A stretch of DNA of 64,000 nucleotides. Origin: Clostridia bacterium. GTDB taxonomy: Bacteria; Bacillota; Clostridia; Oscillospirales; CAG-272. Location: NCBI GenBank assembly GCA_017407835.1, contig JAFQVV010000015.1:10954-74953 (forward strand). The letters run 5' to 3'. Both the position numbers and the translations under genes were made by a program. The stretch's first letter is position 1, and every line of letters starts with the position of its first letter. The notes under the pieces are model-generated. The model was not told the origin of the DNA. It worked only from the letters and a program-made list of their open reading frames with translations, and made no database searches. This document shows positions 44,139-53,390 of this stretch, in pieces.

Positions 44139-45202
44139 TTTGTAAGTCCTCCTGCAATTTTTTCGATTTCGGCGAGAACTTCCTCGGCAGAGGGCATGAC
44201 ACCGCCGGTGCGGCCGTAGAAGCTGACAGGACGTGCGCAGTCAATGGCAACCTTAACATCATCCACCATCTGACCCATATTCAGCTCGCAGACCATGAAG
44301 TGCTTTGCGGTCTCTGCAGCCTTCTTGAGAGCGGCAGAGGGGAAGGGCCACAGCGTGATCGGTCGAATCAGACCAACCTTGATTCCCTTGGCACGGGCTG
44401 CGTTAATTGCGGTTTTGCAGATACGCGAGGTGATGCCGTAAGCGACCATCACAATATCGGCATCCTCCACCATTACCTCTTCCCAGCGGGTTTCGTTGGC
44501 TTTGATTTCATCATAGCGCGCAAAGCGGGCTTTGATCGAATTCTCAAGATCGAGGGGATCCATATAAAGCGAGTTGACAATATTTTTCTTGCGTTTGCCG
44601 CCATGACCGTTGGTTGCCCAGGTTTTCTCGGGCAGAGCGGTCTTTTCTTCGATGTCGAAGTTGACGGGTTCCATCATTTGTCCCAGTGCACCGTCTGCAA
44701 GAATCATGGCAGGGGTGCGGTATTTGTCGGCAACATCAAAAGCAAGCCCGGTCAGCGATGCCATCTCCTGCACCGATGCGGGAGCCACAACGAAGAGATG
44801 CAGGTCTCCATGGCCGTTTGCTTTGGTTGCCTGATAATAATCGGCCTGTGAGGGCTGAATTCCGCCAAGACCGGGACCGCCGCGCTGAATATTGACGATT
44901 ACGCAGGGCAGATCACAGCCAACGATATAGCTGATGCCCTCACTCTTGAGCGAGACGCCGGGGGAGGAGGAGGAGGTCATGACGCGGCTGCCCGAAGCGG
45001 CTGCACCCATGACCATATTGATGGCCGCCACTTCGCTCTCTGCCTGCAGGCAAAGACCGCCAACCTGCGGCATGCGCTTGGCCAGATATTCGGAAATTTC
45101 GGTTTGCGGGGTGATGGGGTAACCGAAGAAATGCAGACAGCCGTTTTTGATGGCAGCCTCGGCAATTGCTTCATTACCCTTCATAAGTACTTTGTGTCCC
45201 AT
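44135..45202 (-). CDS. 2-oxoacid:ferredoxin oxidoreductase, alpha subunit
   Basis: MKGNEAIAEAAIKNGCLHFFGYPITPQTEI is the alpha N-terminal pattern. ATGA overlap with beta. The substrate (2-oxoglutarate versus branched-chain) cannot be determined from sequence reading. Confidence 0.9.
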   Translation of the reverse strand: MGHKVLMKGNEAIAEAAIKNGCLHFFGYPITPQTEISEYLAKRMPQVGGLCLQAESEVAAINMVMGAAASGSRVMTSSSSPGVSLKSEGISYIVGCDLPCVIVNIQRGGPGLGGIQPSQADYYQATKANGHGDLHLFVVAPASVQEMASLTGLAFDVADKYRTPAMILADGALGQMMEPVNFDIEEKTALPEKTWATNGHGGKRKKNIVNSLYMDPLDLENSIKARFARYDEIKANETRWEEVMVEDADIVMVAYGITSRICKTAINAARAKGIKVGLIRPITLWPFPSAALKKAAETAKHFMVCELNMGQMVDDVKVAIDCARPVSFYGRTGGVMPSAEEVLAEIEKIAGGLTK

Positions 45203-45229
45203 ATGTAGGTTCCTTTCTTGAAATTTCGA

Positions 45230-45442
45230 TTAAACGTCCCGTTCGACGCGGATAACCGTGTCGGGACACATGGTGGCACACATTGCGCAGGCGATACACT
45301 TGTCCATATCCGTGACTTCGGCAGGATGATAGCCTTTTGCGTTCAGTGTGTCGGGCGAGAGAATGAGGATCTTTTTGGGGCAGACTTGGGTACACAGACC
45401 ACAGCCCTTACAAAGATCAACTTGAAACGTGACTCTGTTCAT
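45230..45442 (-). CDS. 2-oxoacid:ferredoxin oxidoreductase, delta subunit (2x[4Fe-4S] ferredoxin)
   Basis: ATG 45442 follows GGAGGA with a 7-nt spacer. CKGCGLCTQVCP and CIACAMCATMCP are the two clusters. Confidence 0.8.
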   Translation of the reverse strand: MNRVTFQVDLCKGCGLCTQVCPKKILILSPDTLNAKGYHPAEVTDMDKCIACAMCATMCPDTVIRVERDV

Positions 45443-45469
45443 ATATATTTCCTCCAATATAATTTCGAA

Positions 45470-46183
45470 TTAAAAGATTTTCCGTGTGTGATTACGGATG
45501 GAAAGCAAGGGTGTATCCAGCGTGCTGAACGCTTGATTTTTTGTATCAAGCGGTGCACAAACCGTTGTAAAGAGGATCGGAAGGGCCGCAAGTGACGCAA
45601 ATTGCTGCATTGCAGGCATTTTATCGATGATATCTTCGGCTGTTGTTGCTTCGCCGAGATTGGTGTTGTTGATGATTGCATCAAACCGAAGTCGAGAATA
45701 GCCCTCGATCTCCCGCAGATTTTCAAGCATAGCCTCGGGCGTTTCGGTGAGAGGCCGATAAGCATTTTCCACACAGAGCATCATCGCCCCAAGACGAGTT
45801 AGTTGAGCATGGTAGCGACCAAGCGCGACAGCACCGTTGTCACCGCCGACATCAAAAATGACCGTTGCATTTTCCTGCTGCTCAAGCAGGGGGAAAACAC
45901 GTTGAATATCGGCACCGAGCACCGGAATATCCACATTGGTATTGGCAAACGGGGGATTGATATAGTGAATGCCCGCAGCCGCAAGCGACGCCTCCGAATC
46001 GGCAGCTCGAAAATACGGATTGACAATATCCAGATCAATCAGCGTGACATCGCGCCCTGCGTCATGAAGCATATATGCCAGATTAAGCGCAATATTTGTT
46101 TTACCCGCGCCGTAGTGACCGGCGATGATCAACAGCTTCGGCGTGGAGGGAAAATAAGCGGAGATATGCGAGATAATGATCAC
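45470..46183 (-). CDS. P-loop NTPase, MinD/ParA/CooC-like
   Basis: LLIIAGHYGAGKTNIALNLA is a deviant Walker A-like motif and TLIDLDIVNP is Walker B-like. It ends 27 nt upstream of the oxidoreductase delta gene. Confidence 0.6.
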   Translation of the reverse strand: MIIISHISAYFPSTPKLLIIAGHYGAGKTNIALNLAYMLHDAGRDVTLIDLDIVNPYFRAADSEASLAAAGIHYINPPFANTNVDIPVLGADIQRVFPLLEQQENATVIFDVGGDNGAVALGRYHAQLTRLGAMMLCVENAYRPLTETPEAMLENLREIEGYSRLRFDAIINNTNLGEATTAEDIIDKMPAMQQFASLAALPILFTTVCAPLDTKNQAFSTLDTPLLSIRNHTRKIF

Positions 46184-46282
46184 TCCTGTTTTGATTTTAT
46201 CTATTATATCATAAATCGACCAAAAAGAAAAGAGATATATTCGAGCAAATTATCATCAGGGAATGCAAAATTTTGTACAAAT

Positions 46283-47011
46283 TTACATTTTTTTATCTGT
46301 ATGAACCTGTTTGCTGTGTTTGCTGCAGAGTTTTCGATAGATGCAGATACCAATGAGACTGATCAATCCGGTGATGGCAAAGGCGAGGATCGCAAGGGTA
46401 TAATCGGCTTCCCCCAGTGCATTCCCGCTCAATGTTGAGGAAACCAACGAGGGCAGACGTGCGGTGAGTACAATCAGCAGCCAAGTGGAAAGTTTCATGT
46501 CGGTCACCCCGATAAAATAAGAGAGCAGATCTTTCGGGGTTCCGGGAATCAACATGATGATAAATGTCAGCCATTCAAGCCGTCCGCTGCTCTGCATAAA
46601 GCGGAGGGAACGGATTTTTTCGCGGGAGAAAAACAACTCAACCAGTTTGATTCCCCAACGGCGGACAAAAAGGAAGATCAGCGCGCTTCCAATGAGAATA
46701 CCGATCAGGGAGAGCAGGGAACCCTCCCAAAAACCGAAGGCATATCCCGCACCGATTTCAAACGGTTCACCGGGAATAATAGCGACAACAACCTGAAGCA
46801 CGACCATTGCGATAAAAATCAAACGTCCCATGAATCCCTTTGCCGAAACCCAATCGCGGAAACGATCCGGTTCATCCAAAAACGCAATCATAGGGCGGCC
46901 GACAAACCAAAAAACAAAGAAAAAGAACAGAATAAAAATCACAACGGCAATGACGCCGAATATCTTTTTTTGCCGTTCGCTCAAGTGATTCTCTGCGGCA
47001 CGATCAGCCAT
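46283..47011 (-). CDS. TVP38/TMEM64 (DedA-related) family membrane protein
   Basis: VVAIIPGEPFEIGAGYAFGFWEGSLLSLIGILIGSALIFLFVRRWG is the family core. Confidence 0.8.
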   Translation of the reverse strand: MADRAAENHLSERQKKIFGVIAVVIFILFFFFVFWFVGRPMIAFLDEPDRFRDWVSAKGFMGRLIFIAMVVLQVVVAIIPGEPFEIGAGYAFGFWEGSLLSLIGILIGSALIFLFVRRWGIKLVELFFSREKIRSLRFMQSSGRLEWLTFIIMLIPGTPKDLLSYFIGVTDMKLSTWLLIVLTARLPSLVSSTLSGNALGEADYTLAILAFAITGLISLIGICIYRKLCSKHSKQVHTDKKM

Positions 47012-47216
47012 ATTTTCCGCTCCTTTTTACATGATATGAATATTATTTTTATCATACCACAAAAAGTGACAACAAAACAAGACATATTTTGTAAACAGAG
47101 CAAAAACGAGAACGGAATGGGGCAGAGTTGGTGGTAAATAAATGAAAAATCTCTTGACAAACAGAACAAAATGGTGTATCCTATAAACATCAAATCGGAA
47201 TAAGGAGATGTACATT

Positions 47217-47444
47217 ATGAAGTCCATTGAAATTCGTCTTTCCACCATTCAGGACGTGCAGGGATTTGTCAATATTGTCAACCGTTATGACATTGACGTA
47301 GACCTTGCTTCGGGCCGCTATATCGTTGATGCCAAGTCGATTATGGGCATCTTCAGCCTTGATCTGCTCAATCCCATTACGCTGACGGCACACAGTGATG
47401 ATACCGATGCTCTGTTTGCTGAGTTGAAGCCTTATCTGGCATAA
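47217..47444 (+). CDS. HPr-fold protein lacking the His15 phosphorylation motif
   Basis: ATG 47217 lies 9 nt after TAAGGAG. IVDAKSIMGIFSLDL matches the HPr Ser46 region. No GLHARPA-type motif is present at the N-terminus. Confidence 0.55.
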   Translation: MKSIEIRLSTIQDVQGFVNIVNRYDIDVDLASGRYIVDAKSIMGIFSLDLLNPITLTAHSDDTDALFAELKPYLA

Positions 47445-47506
47445 CGACGAAAAATTTACCCCTCATACCGTTTTCGCGAACGATATGGGGGATATTTTTG
47501 TTCTAT

Positions 47507-47550
47507 AAAAACCGACACCGCCGCGAGGACGGTGTCGGTTTTCTGTTTTT
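47507..47550. terminator. bidirectional terminator (HPr-like / guaB convergent)
   Basis: AAAACCGACACCG-ccgcgagga-CGGTGTCGGTTTTCTGTTTTT. Confidence 0.85.
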
Positions 47551-47551
47551 C

Positions 47552-49030
<1,479 letters not shown>

Positions 49031-49078
49031 TTAAAAATGTGGTATTGGTTGGACTAAAAAAAGATTTTTATTAGAAAT

Positions 49079-49107
49079 ATTATAGCAAAATCCGCTATTG
49101 CTGTCAA
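49079..49107 (-). promoter_or_regulatory. sigma-A type promoter for guaB
   Basis: The minus strand reads TTGACA, 17 nt, TATAAT (perfect consensus). Confidence 0.65.
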
Positions 49108-49217
49108 GAGGGCAGTTCGAAAAAATTATCGATGTTGGTGTTTTGCTGTGCTTTGGGGGTATGTGCCGGAATAGCTTTTGCCGCCAATGCATAGATATTT
49201 GCACAAAGGAGTGATTG

Positions 49218-50000
49218 ATGATGCGCCATGATTCTGCCCGCACTTGCTCACCGCGAAAATTTACTGTCCAATATTTGTTGTTTTCGCTGATCTTTGCCGG
49301 ATTAACCCTTCTTTTGCTGTTTGTCGCTGTCTATTTCGATGGAGGAAAGTTTGTCAGCGAAACCGATGCGCTCCCCGATGAAACGACGATACAAAATGAC
49401 TTTTGCATTGTACTTGATGCAGGGCATGGCGGAGAGGACGGAGGAGCAGTCGGCGTAAACGGGGTGTTGGAAAAAACGATCAATTTACAGATTGCGGAAA
49501 TGCTCCATGATATGTTGGTTTTAGCAGATATTCCGGTTGTAATGACCAGAACCGAGGATAAAATGCTGTATGATCCCAATGCTGACTTTCGCGGCCGCAA
49601 AAAAATGTTGGATTTGCGCACTCGGCTGGATATTGCGGAGCAGACTAACGGTGGAATTTTGGTCAGTATTCATTTGAATTCTTTTTCGCAGTCAAAATAT
49701 CATGGCCTGCAGGTCTACTACTCGGCAAACCATTCAAACAGTCTTTCTCTGGCGGAGACAATACAAAGCACCGCACGAACCTATCTGCAGCCGCAAAACG
49801 ACCGTCAGGTCAAAGCGGCGGGCAGCAATATCTATTTGCTCGACCGCATTCAAAAACCGGGGGTTTTGGTGGAGTGCGGATTTCTATCCAATCCCGAGGA
49901 ATGTGCACAGCTGAGCGATGAGGCTTATCTTGGAAAACTGAGCACCATGCTTTTGCATGCAATTTTCACCTATCACGCACAGTGTACGGAGGGGTCTTGA
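49218..50000 (+). CDS. cwlD: N-acetylmuramoyl-L-alanine amidase (Amidase_3), CwlD-like
   Basis: ATG 49218 lies 6 nt after AAAGGAG. There is an N-terminal TM anchor, IVLDAGHGGEDGGAVG and ILVSIHLNS. The size and architecture are typical of germination-specific CwlD. Confidence 0.7.
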   Translation: MMRHDSARTCSPRKFTVQYLLFSLIFAGLTLLLLFVAVYFDGGKFVSETDALPDETTIQNDFCIVLDAGHGGEDGGAVGVNGVLEKTINLQIAEMLHDMLVLADIPVVMTRTEDKMLYDPNADFRGRKKMLDLRTRLDIAEQTNGGILVSIHLNSFSQSKYHGLQVYYSANHSNSLSLAETIQSTARTYLQPQNDRQVKAAGSNIYLLDRIQKPGVLVECGFLSNPEECAQLSDEAYLGKLSTMLLHAIFTYHAQCTEGS

Positions 50001-50057
50001 TTTTTTTGCCTGTATGCGATATAATGTAAAAAATGCAATACGTTGAAGGAGAGGACA

Positions 50058-51452
50058 ATGAAGACACCCAAAAGCATCTATTGCTGCAATGCGTGCGGTT
50101 ATCGTTCACCGAAATGGTTGGGCAAGTGCCCCACATGTGGGGAGTGGAATACCTTTGAGGAAGAAATCGAGTCCCCTGAGGTGAAGGAAAGCGGACGTCC
50201 GAATTATGCGGGAATGGATAATCACGCCGTGGCCTATTCATCCCTTGAGCTGCCGACGTATATGCGCTCTCTGACAGGATTGAATGAGCTTGACCGAGTG
50301 CTTGGGGGCGGCCTTGTCCACGGTTCGGTCGTTTTGCTTTCGGGTGAACCTGGGATAGGAAAGTCCACGCTCTTGATGCAGGTGTCGGATGTATTGGGAC
50401 GCACGCGCCGTGTGCTTTATGTGTCGGGGGAAGAATCGGGCGGACAGCTCAAACTGCGTGCCGAACGGCTCGGCGTCGGGGGAGAGAATCTTTATATTTT
50501 AACCGAAACCAATCTTGAGCGCGTGATGCGCGAGGTAGATGCCGTAAAGCCGGAGGTGCTGATTGTTGATTCAATTCAAACACTCTACAGCGATCGTTTA
50601 ACGTCAACTCCGGGCAGCGTCACCCAGGTAAGGGAAAACGCACTCTCGCTGATCAATCGCGCCAAAAGCGAAGGCATATCGGTGCTTTTGGTTGGTCATG
50701 TGAATAAAGAGGGTGGAATTGCAGGCCCTAAGGTGCTGGAGCATATGGTGGATGCCGTGCTCTATTTCGAGGGAGAGCGTCAGCAGGCATACCGTATTAT
50801 TCGTGCAATCAAAAACCGGTTCGGTTCAACCAACGAAATCGGGGTGTTTGAAATGGAGGAGCATGGACTCCGTGAGGTGGAAAATCCTTCGATGCTTTTG
50901 TTGGCCGGTCGTCCGCACGGAATGAGTGGAAATTGCGCTGTTTGTACGCTTGAGGGGACTCGTCCGTTGATTGCCGAGATTCAGGCTTTGGTGACACAAA
51001 CGCCATATCCGGCGCCGCGGCGCACCTCGAATGGCATTGATTACAACCGGATGTGCCTGACGCTGGCCGTTTTGGAGAAGCGTTTGGGGCTGAAATTTTC
51101 GGCGACCGATGTTTATCTCAATGTCATCGGCGGCCTCCGTCTGGACGAGCCTGCTGTCGACATGGCGGTTGCACTTGCGCTGATTTCCTCGCTGACCGAT
51201 CGTATTGTTCCCGATGATTTGATTGTGCTCGGGGAGCTGGGATTGTCGGGGGAATGCCGAGCTATCTCGGGGTTGGAAAATCGAGTGCGTGAGGCGATGC
51301 GGCTTGGGTTTAGACGTGCGATTGTTCCGGCGCGAAATCTGGAAAAACGAAAGCTTGATGTGGGCATCGAGCTGATTGCCGTCAAGAGTATTTTTGAGGC
51401 GATTCGCGTTTTGAAAAAACAGGAACCGCGAGAGAATGCCGAAGAATTGTAA
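50058..51452 (+). CDS. radA: DNA repair protein RadA/Sms
   Basis: YCCNACGY...KCPTCGEWNTF is the zinc finger, LLSGEPGIGKSTL is Walker A, and KNRFG and a Lon-like C-terminal domain are present. ATG 50058 follows GAAGGAGAGG. Confidence 0.9.
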   Translation: MKTPKSIYCCNACGYRSPKWLGKCPTCGEWNTFEEEIESPEVKESGRPNYAGMDNHAVAYSSLELPTYMRSLTGLNELDRVLGGGLVHGSVVLLSGEPGIGKSTLLMQVSDVLGRTRRVLYVSGEESGGQLKLRAERLGVGGENLYILTETNLERVMREVDAVKPEVLIVDSIQTLYSDRLTSTPGSVTQVRENALSLINRAKSEGISVLLVGHVNKEGGIAGPKVLEHMVDAVLYFEGERQQAYRIIRAIKNRFGSTNEIGVFEMEEHGLREVENPSMLLLAGRPHGMSGNCAVCTLEGTRPLIAEIQALVTQTPYPAPRRTSNGIDYNRMCLTLAVLEKRLGLKFSATDVYLNVIGGLRLDEPAVDMAVALALISSLTDRIVPDDLIVLGELGLSGECRAISGLENRVREAMRLGFRRAIVPARNLEKRKLDVGIELIAVKSIFEAIRVLKKQEPRENAEEL

Positions 51453-51473
51453 ATGAAGTATTTAGATAAAATG

Positions 51474-51504
51474 ACAGGGTGTCGCGCACAGCGCGACACC
51501 CTGT
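51474..51504. terminator. bidirectional terminator (radA / cysteine desulfurase convergent)
   Basis: ACAGGGTGTCGCGC-aca-GCGCGACACCCTGT is a 14-bp perfect stem. Confidence 0.8.
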
Positions 51505-52674
51505 TCAGTTTCTTGTGTTGTGTTCGTGTTGAATTTCTCCCAGCGCACGCACAAGAATTTCGTTATCATTGGGCTGATTGAATACCGAAAATCCCACTCG
51601 AAGAGCACCGTTTTCTCCGGTATTGAGCGTTTGGTGTCCAAGCGGAGAACAGTGAAAGCCGGCACGAAGACAAATCCCTCGTTTATCCAGCGATGCGGCC
51701 GCTTCCGGTGCGGGAATGCCGTCGAGATTGAAGAGCAGGGTTGAACCAACGTGTTCGGGGGCATAAAGCGTTACCCCCTGCATGTTGCCCAGCATTTCGC
51801 GCAGATGACGATAAAGCGCATGCTCTGCCGCGCGAATACTTTCTGTTCCGCGATCGCGTACAAAGCGAATTCCTGCATGAAGTCCGGCCAACACCGGGGT
51901 GGCGAGAGTTCCTGCCTCATATCGCTCGGGCGGAAAGTCGGGCATGAAATCGTCCAGCGAGTTGATACCGCTTCCTCCCTCGATGAGGGTTGCCATGGTC
52001 AAATCATCGCGAATTGCCAACAACCCGCTTCCTTGCGGACCGTATAATGCTTTGTGTCCGGGGGCACAAAGCGCATCAATCTGCATTTGGGTGCAGTTAA
52101 TCTCCTCAATTCCCGCACTTTGTGCGGCATCCAAGACAAAAAGAATCCCTCTCTCTCGGCAAAAATGACCAATCTCGGCAACGGGAAGTGCTGCCGAGCA
52201 TAGATTGGAAACATGAGATGCAACAAGCATTCGTGTGTTCGGACGGATCAAATTCGCAATGGAAGAGAGAATTTGTTCGGTGTTGCGATTCGGATGAAGG
52301 CAATGTGTGGGGAAGATATCATAGCTGATCTCTCCGAATGCGGCCAGTGCGTGAACGGGACGATATACGGCATTGTGCTCCATATCGCTGATGAGGACAT
52401 GATCACCTCGGCGCAAAAGCCCTTTGATCGCCATATTCAGTGCATAGGTGGTGTTATAGGTGAAGATAATTCGCTCGGGAGACGCTATCCCAAACAGTTC
52501 TGCAGCTTCCAGACGGCAATCGTAGATGGCTTTGGCTGCCGCAAGGGAAAGTGCATGAGCGCTTCGCCCGGGATTCCCGCAATATTCGCGCAGACATCGA
52601 TCAATTGCCCGGCGAACCGAATATGGCTTTGGGAATGTTGTCGCTGCATTGTCCAAATAAACGATTGCCCTCAC
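51505..52674 (-). CDS. cysteine desulfurase family aminotransferase (class V)
   Basis: (M)RAIVYLDNAATTFPKP..., SDMEHNAV, ASHVSN and the PLP lysine region (APGHKALYGPQG) are present. I place the start at GTG 52674, which overlaps the upstream DUF3343-like stop (GTGA). The ORF track extends it to 52911 through non-protein-like sequence. Confidence 0.8.
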   Translation of the reverse strand: MRAIVYLDNAATTFPKPYSVRRAIDRCLREYCGNPGRSAHALSLAAAKAIYDCRLEAAELFGIASPERIIFTYNTTYALNMAIKGLLRRGDHVLISDMEHNAVYRPVHALAAFGEISYDIFPTHCLHPNRNTEQILSSIANLIRPNTRMLVASHVSNLCSAALPVAEIGHFCRERGILFVLDAAQSAGIEEINCTQMQIDALCAPGHKALYGPQGSGLLAIRDDLTMATLIEGGSGINSLDDFMPDFPPERYEAGTLATPVLAGLHAGIRFVRDRGTESIRAAEHALYRHLREMLGNMQGVTLYAPEHVGSTLLFNLDGIPAPEAAASLDKRGICLRAGFHCSPLGHQTLNTGENGALRVGFSVFNQPNDNEILVRALGEIQHEHNTRN

Positions 52675-52895
52675 CCCCCGAGATAATTGCTGACTTGAAT
52701 TCCGCGTGCGGCAAGGACCGTTTTGACATTTTGCAGCTGGGAACAGGAAAATTCCAATCCATACGCACAGCCGTGCGTGGTTTGATTTGCGTTCAGCTTC
52801 ACGACAGACGTGCGGATGGCAGCTGAGGAAAGCGCCCTTTGGGCGCCGATTGCGACTGTCATGGAAGTGAACGCGGCGATGCAGGTTTGCATCAT
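52671..52895 (-). CDS. DUF3343-like small protein (putative S/Se carrier-like)
   Basis: ATG 52895 follows AAGGAGG with a 6-nt spacer. 74 aa; IAAFTSMTVAIGAQRALSSAAI....THGCAYGLEF resembles DUF3343 (conserved CG..l.f). It is translationally coupled to the desulfurase. Confidence 0.6.
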   Translation of the reverse strand: MMQTCIAAFTSMTVAIGAQRALSSAAIRTSVVKLNANQTTHGCAYGLEFSCSQLQNVKTVLAARGIQVSNYLGG

Positions 52896-52983
52896 ACCGC
52901 ACCTCCTTCAATGTCAGAATATGTCGATGGTTCGGTAAATGTTCATCTGCGTATAATGCAGGAAATCTTTTTTCAAAAAAGAA

Positions 52984-53012
52984 TTGACAAGAAGAGTGGA
53001 ATGTGCTATAAT
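52984..53012 (+). promoter_or_regulatory. sigma-A type promoter for ilv T-box leader
   Basis: TTGACA (52984-52989), 17 nt, TGcTATAAT (TATAAT at 53007-53012). Confidence 0.65.
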
Positions 53013-53039
53013 GCTAATTAACATTTGAATATAGACGGC

Positions 53040-53302
53040 AATGACGAAGACGGTCAAGGTTGAGCTGCTTACAGAGAGCCGATGATGGTGTAAAATCGGC
53101 AGAGTGATATCTAACGGCCCCTCACTTCCGAGCCGAATGACGGAATGCGACAGATGAAGATTTCCGTTTGCTTGATTGAAGCATAGGATCAGTTTGATCC
53201 CAAAGAGGTGGCGGGCTCAGTCCGCAATTTGAGTGGTACCGCGAGTGTAAACGGATTTACACCCGTCTCAAAGCAACCGAGAACGCTTTGAGACGGTTTT
53301 TT
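53040..53302 (+). promoter_or_regulatory. T-box riboswitch leader (probable Leu specifier) controlling ilvBNCD
   Basis: The AGAGAG box is at 53072-53077, followed by a distal loop with GGTGTAA. The candidate specifier is CTC-A followed by CTTCCGAGCC (CTC at 53121-53123). The T-box sequence AATTTGAGTGGTACCGCG is at 53226-53243. The terminator CCGTCTCAAAGC-10 nt-GCTTTGAGACGG plus T6 is at 53263-53302. Confidence 0.8.
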
Positions 53303-53390
53303 GTTTCTGTATTCCGGCTCGAAATATGCGGTTTAATATGGAACACAGCAGAATTTTGAGAATGAAATAAAGAAAAAGGAGTGTGAACGG

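Noticed and set aside
52675-52911. 79-codon N-terminal extension of the cysteine desulfurase ORF
   Set aside because: The sequence is not protein-like. The region is better explained by the DUF3343-like ORF in another frame, which has a strong SD and a GTGA coupling junction.
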